From Yuukianura sp. NJ FZ-2021 (lineage: Eukaryota), in contig CM102287.1 of the NCBI GenBank assembly GCA_046563655.1, forward strand, positions 1,302,001-1,366,000: a DNA stretch of 64,000 bases, in the 5' to 3' direction. Positions within the stretch are counted from its first letter, which is position 1, and each line of letters starts with the position of its first letter. The notes beneath the pieces were generated by a model that saw nothing but the letters and a program-made list of their open reading frames with translations, was not told where the DNA came from and did not search any database. Position numbers and translations under genes: made by a program. Positions 6,892 to 17,800 of the stretch are shown piece by piece.

Positions 6892-9800
6892 GATAGAGGA
6901 ATTGTGTTGAACGACTTTGACCCGAAGAATCCCGTCGAAATTGAAGTTTTGTTGGGTGCAGACACCATTGGACAATTTCTGACTGGGAAGATCTTTCGTC
7001 TTAAGAACGGGCTGACGGCTACAGAGACAAGATTGGGTTGGACGGTCATGGGAGCTACAGGAAGACAGAGCAATTCTGAAGACGTAGCCATGACTGTGGT
7101 TTCCATGACTATCGCTAGTTCGACAGTCGCCCAGCTTTGGTCTTTGGATGTCCTTGGAATTCGTGACCCCGTGGAGAAGAAGACGCAAGAAGACCGGGAG
7201 AGAGAGGCCATTGAAAATTTCCAGAAGACAGTTACTACAGATCCTGAGGGAAGATACACTGTCTCTCTACCTTGGATCAATGGCTCTCAATCTCTTCCTA
7301 CAAATCGTGCAGTGGCTCAGAAGCGGTTGGAAAACACCACCAGGAAGTTAGTGTCTCTGAATCGGTTCTCAGATTATGACAAAGTGTTTCAGGAATGGGA
7401 ATCAGAGGGCATAATTTCAGTGGTAGAGGACTTAGGTGACAGTCAGAGTGTTCCGTGTCATTATGTTCCTCATCGCGCCGTCTTCAAGGCCAGCTTAACT
7501 ACTCCAGTGCGTCCAGTGTTTGACGCTTCCTGCAAGGTCGGGAGGAATCCGTCACTTAATGAGTACTTAGAGAAAGGACCGAATCTGCTTGAACTTCTTC
7601 CTTCAATTTTACTTCGTTTCCGGATGGGGAAGATTGGTGTGACAGCAGATATCCGTAAGGCCTTTCTAATGATCAATGTGAAAGAAAGTGATCGTGATTT
7701 CCTGCGATTCTTATGGTGGGAGGACAAGGAACGACAAAAAGTGAAAGTGTTTCGGCACAACCGAGTCGTTTTTGGGATGAACTGTAGTCCATTCCTTCTA
7801 GGAGCAGTCGTCTTCCACCATTTGAACCAGCATCGGTGTGAAAATCCCGAGGTCAAACTCTTTGACCCCTTAGGACTTTGGACTCCAGTGGTCACTTTAC
7901 CGAAAGTACTTCTTCAGCAAGCATGGAACGAGAACAAGACTTGGGATGAGGAAGTATCTACAGAAATGAAGACAGAATTCCTCAGTTGGTCCAAGGAATT
8001 CGCAGAAGTCAGTGACAAAGTTCAACTACCTCGAGACTGTACCAGTGGAACAACCAGAGACAACCGAAAGATCCAAATTCATGTGTTTGGCGATGCAAGT
8101 AAGAAGGCTTACGCAACAGTGGTGTTTCTTCGCATTCAAACTCAAGACGGTGTCAAAATCCGATTTATTCAAGCGAAATCAAGAGTAGCACCACTGAAAC
8201 CAACCACAATCCCCAGATTGGAGCTTCTTTCGTGTTGCATTTCAGCCAGACTGGTGACAGCAATTAAGTCAGCATTAGGCCTCGAAGACGACGTTCGGAC
8301 TTTCCTTTGGACGGATTCCAGCACGGCCCTGTCGTGGATTCGCCGAAGTGACGAGTGGGGAACGTTCGTGGGGAATAGGGTCAAGGAGATCCTGAAGCTG
8401 ACAAAAGTCGAAGACTGGAACCACATTCCGGGTTTGGAAAATCCGGCAGATCTGCCATCCAGGGGGACTTCTCCGACCAGGTTCGTGTTGTCGCGATGGT
8501 GGGAGGGACCTGATTGGTTGAAATTGGAAAAGGAGATGTGGCCCAGATCAGAATCATCGGTGGACGAAGATGCAGTCAATCAGGAGCGTAAGAAGAGTAT
8601 CGCGACACTCACGAACATAACGACTCCTGCGCCTGTCTCGTCACCATGGTATGTCACCAAGTACTCGTTTCATCAGACTCTTCGTGTTTTTGCTTACGTC
8701 ATCCGGTTTGTGAGTCTTTTGAAGAAGGAATCCAGAGAGAAGTCCGAGGTTCCTACCATCACAGAACTGGAAGAGGCAGAACGAAGACTGATCATGATCA
8801 TTCAAGAGGAATCTTTTCCCATGGACAAAAGTGTCATTCAGGGTTTGAGAGTGCAAGTGGACTCAGATGGACTACTAAAAGTGAAAACCAAAGTGACTAA
8901 TCGAGTTGACACAGACACTTTTAGGAAACCAATTTTACTTCCACATTCTCATCCCATTGTCAATCTCATCATCCGGGACACTCACATCTTCAACGCACAC
9001 GGAGGAGCACAGCTGATGATGGCCAAGTTAAGAGAAAAGTACTGGATCATCCAGGGAAGAAGGGCCATCAAGAAAGTCATAACCAAGTGCATCGTGTGTA
9101 AGAGGTTTGATGGTAAGACTGTTGAAGTTGTGGCTAGTGCTCTACCGGAACCGAGGGTAAGGGAGGCCAGTGCCTTTGAAGTGACTGGAGTGGATCTGGC
9201 TGGCCCCTTAACTCTAAAGAACAGGAAGAAAGCATACATTGTCATGTTTACTTGTGCAGTGTTTCGGTGTGTTCATCTGGAGGTGACCGAATCATTGTCT
9301 ACTGATGACTTTCTTCTCTCATTTATCAGATTCTGCAAAAGGAAACAACGGCCATCGATCGTCTACTCCGACAACGGAACGAACTTCGTCGGAGCAGTGA
9401 ATCTGTTTAAGGAGATCGACTGGGACCTTGTTCAAGAGAAGACGCAGAAACAGAAAATCAAATGGATCTTCAATCCACCTTCCGCACCGTGGTGGGGCGG
9501 ATGGTGGGAGAGGCTCATCAAGAGCACCAAGGATCTTCTCCGTAGAATGCTTGGATTCCAGAAGTTGACTTACGTTCAATTGGAAACAGCCTTGTGCGAA
9601 GTGGAAGCTGCGGTGAACCACAGACCATTGACGTACGTCACAGAAGATCAAGATGACTTTGTACCTTTGACCCCGGCCATGTTCATCCATAATCTTCCGA
9701 ATTGCGAAGTGCCGGAGGCTCAACTGATCATACCGAATACCCTTGGACAAGAAAAGAAGTGGCTGGACCAGTTACTGCAGGAAGTGAAACAGCGTTTTCG

Positions 9801-10236
9801 TTCTGAGTACTTGGGTCAGTTAGTCCAACGGGGCAAGGAACAGAAGACCAGGACTTTCCGGATTGGAGAAATCGTGCTCATCGAAGTGGACAATAAGAAG
9901 CGGATTTTCTGGCCAATGGGGAGGATTCTGGAGCTGCTTCCTGGGAAGGATGGAGAAATTCGGGTAGCCAGATTGAAGACGAAGAATGGAGAGCTGCTAC
10001 GTCCCATCCAACGACTCGTGCCATTGGAATTGAGACATGACGAGATACCGGAGCCACCAGTCAAGACAGCCGAGAGTTCCAACGTCATCGACAACCAATC
10101 TGCAGCGGAAAGTGACAGCGACACTTACTGCGAGTGTCTGCCGTGCCAAGACGAAGACGAGGTCACCACTGCAGAACCAGAACAGACTACAAGAAGCGGA
10201 CGGACCATTCGGAAACCGATTCGCTATGGTATTTGA
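6892..10236 (+). pseudogene. BEL/Pao pol: end of protease, RT with internal deletion, RNase H, integrase (HHCC, DDE core) and C-terminal DUF5641-like region
   Basis: Motifs IEVLLGAD, ETRLGW, GRYTVSLPW, HRAVFK, FDAS, DASKKAY, H...HGG...CIVC, GVDLAGP, YSDNGTNF, APWWGGWWERLI and WPMGRI...PGKDG.IR...RPIQRLVPL. It is separated from gag by the insertion and lacks YxDD. Confidence 0.92.
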
Positions 10237-10446
10237 AGTCATCGTTTTAGATAAGTGTTAATTTTAAGGATTGATTTCAGTTTTAATTTCATTTAGAGTT
10301 TAAGTTTTTGTTTTCATTGATTCATTTTTAGGTTAAGTGTTTTAGTTATTTTTTAACTTAAGGCACTTTCCCCTTTGTTTTTGGTGCTAAGCCATAACGT
10401 GTTATTTTAATTTTTATTTTGTGACTTTCCCTTTCGTTAGCACTGA

Positions 10447-10466
10447 AAGGCAAAGGTGGGAGTAAA
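10447..10466 (+). other. Polypurine tract of the BEL element
   Basis: Purine-rich aaggcaaaggtgggagtaaa immediately before the LTR's TGT. Confidence 0.75.
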
Positions 10467-10965
10467 TGTAGGATAAGTTGGGTTATTTCTATTTTTTGTT
10501 AAGACTAACGTTAACTTCCCGCCCTACAAAAACGAAAGGTCAGATTTTCATGAAACTTGGTGGACTTATAGGTTTAAGTGTATAGTATATCCCCTATAAG
10601 TTATAGCTTTCCGACAAGTCGGGTTTGTAAGTAGTGGGTGGAGATAGGGTGCGACGATAGCGTCCGCGTCTGGCCTTCGGCTATTCTGTCTTTTCTCCTC
10701 TCCCTCTGTTGTTGTGTTCCCATAAGCATAAGCATAGGAATAAGTATAAAAAAAAAGACTAGATTCAGACTTTGAAGAGACAACACGTATCTTAAGTTTT
10801 CTAAGTTGTCATTAATTGGATTTAATTGGTAAATACTAATAAAACGAACATCGACAACAGCCCAATCGATCAGTCCATTTAGCAGCGTTTGAGAGCCGGC
10901 CAAGTTACAGAACTCCCTTTGATATAACGTAATCTACGGGTAGTTGGTTAGCGCTATATTCTACA
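10467..10965 (+). repeat. BEL LTR (499 bp), shared as 3' LTR of unit 1 and 5' LTR of unit 2
   Basis: Inverted ends TGTAGGATA...TATTCTACA. Preceded by a PPT and followed by a PBS. Its 3' 209 bp recur at 14647-14863. Confidence 0.88.
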
Positions 10966-10969
10966 TTTG

Positions 10970-10982
10970 TGGTGACCCTCGG
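10970..10982 (+). promoter_or_regulatory. Putative primer-binding site (TGGTGACCCTCGG)
   Basis: TGG-starting motif 4 nt after the LTR's terminal CA and upstream of a gag start. The cognate tRNA was not determined. Confidence 0.6.
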
Positions 10983-11177
10983 AGTAAACTTGGAGTTGTT
11001 GGATCCACGCAGCCTTGGAGGATCGTTCTGGAAGGATCACTGGACATCACTTATAAACAACAGTATACGTAGAGGCGACCACTGCCGGAGTGTGGTTAAG
11101 CAAGGTGATTGTCGCTCCAGTGACGATTGTTAGTATTCTTACTAATTTTGGTATTTTCTTGAATCTTGTTTTGAGAC

Positions 11178-11627
11178 ATGGAGAGAGAGCACGAGAGAGC
11201 CAAGAGAGCACGAGACATGAAAAGACTGGATGTTGCGGATCTTACTGCAAATTTAGAATCCGAACTCCAGAGGGAATCGATTTCCGAAGATGACGTCATC
11301 GCTGCAGTGTCAATGCTAGATGACGCAATGAACTCGTTGGTGGATCTGAATGAACAAGTGGAGACTTTTCTTTTGGATGATGAGTCGACTTCGACCGAGA
11401 TGTTGGATACGGAGCGTCGTGCCAACAATGACATCAAAAGAAGAGCCACTTTGATGAAGATTAAGGCAGAACGGACACTGCATCCGCCAGTCAAGTCACA
11501 GAATCGTTCGTCAAATGATGATGGTGCATCGTCCACCAGCCGACACAGAAAGATGAAGTTACCGAAGACAGAGTTACGGAAGTACTCTGGAGAACTGGTC
11601 GACTGGATTGGATGGTGGTCACAATTC
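11178..11627 (+). pseudogene. N-terminus of a second BEL gag, truncated at the start of the DUF1759-like domain
   Basis: Coiled-coil-like N-terminus, then MKLPKTELRKYSGELVDWIGWWSQF (BEL gag LPKxxLxxFxG...W..FW..F motif), then an abrupt switch to AT-rich LINE sequence. Confidence 0.85.
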
Positions 11628-14600
11628 AATTGTTCTTGATCGTATTTATGTAAGTGCCCAGCTTATTAGCAACGTTAAATTTGTAGACATTTTACCGTCA
11701 TTTTCCGATCATAAAATGATTTGTACCAAATTTAATTTTCTACACCAAAATTCTTTTCGAATCTGGAAATTTCCTAATTACATATTAAGTGATGACTACC
11801 TCATCGCCCAAATTAAACAACTACTAAATGATTTTTTAAATTTGAATGTGAAGACGTTCACTTCTTATGAACTTTTAAAGTGGAAATTAAAGAAATGCGC
11901 AATTTCTTTTTTAAACTACAAACATTTCGTAAAAATTTCAAATTATAATGAGATGAAGTTTCTAATGAAAAACAATCATAACAAACTCTTTAACCTTATA
12001 ACAGATAACGAACGTTTCGAAGATAAATTTGAATATACTCCAAAGAAAATATTTAACGTTAACTGTGAAGTTTCTGTTGATTCGGTGTTCAAAACTTATT
12101 CTGATGAAACTAAAGCGAAATTATTTTTTGACTTCTTTTCAGCAAAATTTAAAACCGAAAATGTTCAAACCAACGTAAATGACAACTTTTTCAAACTTTT
12201 ACCAAAATTGAATGATGACCAAATCGATTATATATCTCAAGACATTTCCTCTGAGGAAATCAAAATTGCCATTTCCCAACTAAAAAATGATACCTGTCCT
12301 GGTCTTGATGGGATTTCAAGTGAATTGATTAAAACATTCACACCGGAATTTACTAAAATATTTCAATGGTTATGGAGCGAATGCATAATTCGCGATGAAA
12401 TGCCTGACTCTCTTAAATGTGGAGTCGTTACACTGATTTATAAAAAAGACAATCCCACTGATCTCTCCAATTGGAGACCAATTATTATGTCAAATTCCGA
12501 TTATAAAGTTTTCTCTACGATTTTTAAAAATAGAATTTCAAAATATCTTGATTATTTGATTTCTCCTGCTCAAACCTGCAATGTTCCGAGAAGGAATATT
12601 TTCCAGAATTTAAAATTTTTGATTGAAAATATTAATGATAAAAACAATGGCGCAATTCTTGCAATTGATCAAGAATCTGCATTTGATAATATAAACCACG
12701 ATTATTTATTTTCAATTTTAAAGTATTATGGATTCCCCCAGAGCTTTGTCAACTCAATAAAGATACTTTACAAAAACAGTTTTGTCCATGTAAACTATGG
12801 GGATGGCTTAACGAAAAAAATTAGAATTGGCAAAGGCGTAAAACAAGGTGATCCGATTGCGTCTTCTTTGTATATTCTTTGCTTTGAACCTTTGGTTCGA
12901 AACCTATCCGAAAAGTTAATTAAAATTGCACCAAGTCCTTTCCTAAATTATCCCAACTCGAACATTAGTGCTTATGCTGATGATACAACTATTTTTATAT
13001 CAGTACTTAGCCAATTTGATGTTGTCGTGAAAGAATTTGAAACGTATGGAAAATTTTCCGGTGGAAAAATTAAAGATTCCAAAACTGAAGTTCTATTTCT
13101 TGGTAATTGGAAATTGTTAAACATACAAAGGAACTTTAAAAAAGTAAAACAAATTAAAATCCTGGGTGTTGTTTTTGGTGAAAATTTGGAAAATAATTGG
13201 GACTCTTTGATAACAAAAATAAAGTTAAAAATTGAGACATTTAAATTAAAGTACCCGAATTGTAGCCTTTTCTTAAAATCTAAAATCTTAAATTTGTTTG
13301 TTCTCCCAATTACCAGTTTCCTTTTAAAAGTCCTGAAACCTACTGAGAATTTTGTCAAAAATCTTGAAGATATTGTTTCTGATTACATCTGGGAAAGAAA
13401 AAGAAATTGGATTAAAAAACCTTTCATTTATTTACCGAAGTCCTTTGGTGGACTTGGGGTTAAACACCCCAAAGTTCAGAGTTATATATTTCAAATTCGA
13501 CATTTAATAGATTCAACTCAAATCACTGATAATCATTATTATTTGAAAGAATCTAAGAAGGATGCCTTTAAAATCTTGTTTGAAAACTCGTATCGAGACG
13601 ACTACTTTTCTGAACTTTGTACAGTGATTCATAAAATCAAATTAAACTTCGAAGAAATACCAAAAATCTTTCTAAGTAGAATTTGTATACAAAACAGATC
13701 GATTTTTCCGAGACAATTTAAAATACTTGAATCCTTTGGAATCAAGTCTATTGATAATGTTTCCACAATTAAGGATTTGACTATTCCTATTTTTCGCAAA
13801 CGAACATTTGAATCTGAAATTAAAACATTTGAAGAAGATTTAAAGTATTTTAAACAGAACTTATCAAAAAAATGTGAAAAAGTAAAGTTGAAAGCGGTGA
13901 ACCCAGTGTTTGAAGTTTATGTTTCGTTCAGCAACACAAACGAATATCTAACAACGTTCTTCTCACTATTTCAATACGAGAAATTTTCAATAACTGACAA
14001 ACAAAAATTAAAATCGAAGAAGTGGGAAAGACTAAAAAATGAGTTACTTCCTGTCCATATCAAATCTCTAATTTGGAGATTTTGGCATAATGCCATTATT
14101 TCTTTTGACATCGCCAAAAATATGGGTTTAATATCGGATGGTTGTTGCCCATACTGCCACCAATCCAAGACTACGTGTTTACACTTAGTCTTGTGCAAGT
14201 CAACGAAACAATTGTGGGAATATGTTCATTCATTATTGCAAAAATGAAATTCAAAGGATCAGATATACGATAAGACGTTTGGTTGTAAGAACGATTTCGC
14301 GAATTATCTTATTTTTTGTGCAATAAGTATTCTATACAATAGATTTATTTATAATATTAATTCTGGTAAAACAGATTTTGATATTTTAGGTAAATATAAG
14401 CAATTCTTATTCCAAGAAATTTATTTAAGTTTCCATAGTTATAAAAGTAGAAATGATTTAGCAGCATTTAGAACACTTTGGTCTGAAGCAAAATTTATCG
14501 AAGTTAATCATAATACTGTTGAGATTAAGCTATAAAAATTTTAATTTAATTTACTCTAATAATCAAATTAATGTATCTTAAGTAAATCCAACCATATTTC

Positions 14601-14646
14601 CAAAATTCTGAATTTAATAAATCACTCTTGAATTGAAAAAAAAAAA
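11628..14646 (+). mobile_element. 5'-truncated non-LTR retrotransposon (L1/Tx1-like LINE) with poly(A) tail
   Basis: Starts at the C-terminal end of the APE domain (LDRIYVS...SDH). Has an RT and a C-terminal Cys motif, AATAAA at 14616 and A11 at 14636-14646. The 5' junction is approximate to a few bases. Confidence 0.88.
11635..14535 (+). pseudogene. LINE ORF2 (end of APE, RT, zinc-binding C-terminus) with an in-frame TGA at 14245-14247
   Basis: Motifs PGLDGI, LIYKK, NWRPI, DYKVF, IDQESAFDNINH, GVKQGDPIASSLY, AYADDT, KILGV, GGLG and CPYC...HLVLC. The same frame stays open for 95 further codons after the TGA, to TAA at 14535. Confidence 0.88.
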
Positions 14647-14863
14647 GACAAGATTCAGACTTTGAAGAGACGACACGTATCTTAAGTTTTCTAAGTTGTC
14701 ATTAATTGGATTTAATTGGTAAATACTAATAAACTAGTAAAACGAACATCGACAACAGCCCAATCGATCAGTCCATTCAGCAGCGTTTGAGAGCCGGCCA
14801 AGTTACAGAACTCCCATTGATATAACGTAATCGACGGGTAGTTGGTTAGCGCTATATTCTACA
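14647..14863 (+). repeat. 3' portion of a second BEL LTR, ending in ...TATTCTACA
   Basis: Matches 10757-10965 with about 5 substitutions and one 8-bp insertion. Confidence 0.92.
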
Positions 14864-17800
14864 ACTACGTTTCCCAGAAACCGCTCACATGTAGACAAAC
14901 AATAGGGTTTTTTGGAAATCAACAGGTTTGCCCGGTTACAAATTAGAGCAGTAGTAGAATAACTTGTTGTCTATAAAGGCTTATAATCTGGACACAATGC
15001 TAATTACCTCTGTACACGCTCATCTTTTAAAGCAACAGTTTGATAAATTTCAAAACTTCGTTTCCCAGAACCGCTCACATGTAGACAAACAATAGGGCTT
15101 TTGGAAATCAACAGGTTTGCCCGGTTACAAATTAGAGCAGTAGTAGAATAACTTGCTGTCTATAAAGGCTTATAATCTGGACACAATGCTAATAACCTCT
15201 GTACAAGCTCATTTTTTAAAGCAGCAGTTTGGCAAATTTCAAAACTTCGTTTCTGAGAAACCGCTCACATGTAGCAAACAATGGTTTTTTTGGGAATCAA
15301 CAGGTTTGCTCGGTTACAAATTAGAGCATTAGTAGAATAACTTGTTGTCTATAAAGGCTTATAATCTGGACACAATGCTAATTACCTCTGTACAAGCTCA
15401 TTTTTTAAAGCAGCAGTTTGGCAAATTTCAAAACTTCGTTTCTGAGAAACCGCTCACATGTAGCAAACAATGGTTTTTTGGGAATCAACAGGTTTGCTCG
15501 GTTACAAATTAGAGCATTAGTAGAATAACTTGTTGTCTATAAAGGCTTATAATCTGGACACAATGCTAATTACCTCTGTACACGCTCATTTTTTAAAGCA
15601 GCAGTTTGGTAATTTTCAAAACTTCGTTTCTGAGAAACCGCTCACATGTATGCAAACAATGGGGTTTTTTGGAAATCAACAGGTTAGCATGGTTACAAAT
15701 TAGAGCAGTAGTAGAATAACTTGTTGTCTATAAAGGCTTATAATCAGGACACAATGCTAATTACCTCTGTACACGCTCATCTTTTAAAGCAACAGTTTGA
15801 TAAATTTCAAAACTTCGTTTCCCAGAACCGCTCACATGTAGACAAACAATAGGGTTTTTTGGAAATCAACAGGTTTGCCCGGTTACAAATTAGAGCAGTA
15901 GTAGAATAACTTGTTGTCTATAAAGGCTTATAATCTGGACACAATGCTAATTACCTCTGTACAAGCTCATTTTTTAAAGCAGCAGTTTGGCAAATTTCAA
16001 AACTTCGTTTCTGAGAAACCGCTCACATGTAGCAAACAATGGTTTTTTTGGGAATCAACATGTTTGCTCGGTTACAAATTAGAGCATTAGTAGAATAACT
16101 TGTTGTCTATAAAGGCTAATAATCTGGACACAATGCTAATTACCTCTGTACAAGCTCATTTTTTAAAGCAGCAGTTTGGCAAATTTCAAAACTTCGTTTC
16201 TGAGAAACCGCTCACATGTATGCAAACAATGGGGTTCTTGGAAATCAACAGGTTTGCCCGGTTACAAATTAGAGCAGTAGTAGAATAACTTGTTGTCTAT
16301 AAAGGCTTATAATCTGGACACAATGCTAATTACCTCTGTACACGCTCATCTTTTAAAGCAACAGTTTGATAAATTTCAAAACTTCGTTTCCCAGAAACCG
16401 CTCACATGTAGACAAACAATAGGGTTTTTTGGAAATCAACAGGTTTGCCCGGTTACAAATTAGAGCAGTAGTAGAATAACTTGTTGTCTATAAAGGCTTA
16501 TAATCTGGACACAATGCTAATTACCTCTGTACACGCTCATCTTTTAAAGCAGCAGTTTGGCAAATTTCAAAACTTCGTTTCTGAGAAACCGCTCACATGT
16601 AGACAAACAATAGGGTTTTTTGGAAATCAACAGGTTTGCCCGGTTACAAATTAGAGCAGTAGTAGAATAACTTGTTGTCTATAAAGGCTTATAATCTGGA
16701 CACAATGCTAATTACCTCTGTACAAGCTCATTTTTTAAAGCAGCAGTTTGGCAAATTTCAAAACTTCGTTTCTGAGAAACCGCTCACATGTAGCAAACAA
16801 TGGTTTTTGGAAATCAACAGGTTTGCTCGGTTACAAATTAGAGCATTAGTAGAATAACTTGTTGTCTATAAAGGCTTATAATCTGGACACAATGCTAATT
16901 ACCTCTGTACAAGCTCATTTTTTAAAGCAGCAGTTTGGCAAATTTCAAAACTTCGTTTCTGAGAAACCGCTCACATGTAGCAAACAATGGTTTTTTTTGG
17001 GAATCAACAGGTTTGCTCGGTTACAAATTAGAGCATTAGTAGAATAACTTGTTGTCTATAAAGGCTTATAATCTGGACACAATGCTAATTACCTCTGTAC
17101 ACGCTCATTTTTTAAAGCAGCAGTTTGGTAAATTTCAAAACTTCGTTTCTGAGAAACCGCTCACATGTATGCAAACAATTGGGTTTTTTGGAAATCAACA
17201 GGTTTGCCCGGTTACAAATTAGAGCATTAGTAGAATAACTTGTTGTCTATAAAGGCTTATAATCTGGACACAATGCTAATTACCTCTGTACACGCTCATT
17301 TTTTGAGGCACCAGTTTGATAAATTTCAAAACTTTGTTTCTGAGAAACCGCTCACATGTAGACAAACAATGGGTTTCTTGGAAATCAACAGGTTTGCCCG
17401 GTTACAAATTAGAGCAGTAGTAGAATAACTTGTTGTCTATAAAGGCATATAATCTGGAGAGAATGCTAATTACCTCTGTACAAGCTCATTTTTTAAAGCA
17501 GCAGTTTGATAAATTTCAAAACTTCGTTTCTGAGAAACCGCTCACATGTAGCAAACAATGTTTTTTTTGGAAATCAACAGGTTTGCTCGGTTACAAATTA
17601 GAGCATTAGTAGAATAACTTGTTGTCTATAAAGGCTTATAATCTGGACACAATGCTAATTACCTCTGTACACGCTCATTTTTTAAAGCAGCAGTTTGGTA
17701 AATTTCAAAACTTCGTTTCTGAGAAACCGCTCACATGTATGCAAACAATGGGGTTTTTTGGAAATCAACAGGTTTGCCCGGTTACAAATTAGAGCATTAG

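Larger units (their letters stand above)
1..10965 (+). mobile_element. BEL/Pao LTR retrotransposon, unit 1 (5' part outside the window), interrupted by the TIR element at 682-6885
   Basis: Three gag zinc knuckles, an LLDCGSQ protease, BEL-type RT motifs (RPVFDAS, GPNLL, ADIRKAFLMI, FDPLG), RNase H (HVFGDASKKAY, IPRLEL, WTDS, NPADLPSRG) and integrase, in the order PR-RT-RH-IN. A PPT and a TG...CA LTR follow. Confidence 0.95.

Noticed and set aside
6810..11629. Antisense and alternative-frame ORFs over BEL pol, LTR and gag
   Set aside because: They are shadow ORFs of the coding strand or lie in LTR sequence, with no recognisable motifs.
11608..11634. Start MDGGHNSIV of the 879-aa ORF, or a gag-RT fusion protein
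   Set aside because: These codons are gag sequence read out of frame across the junction, and the gag frame stops at 11639, so there is no in-frame fusion.
15245..15265. CENP-B-box-like cttcgtt in the monomer
   Set aside because: Only the TTCG half is present; the downstream A..CGGG positions do not match.
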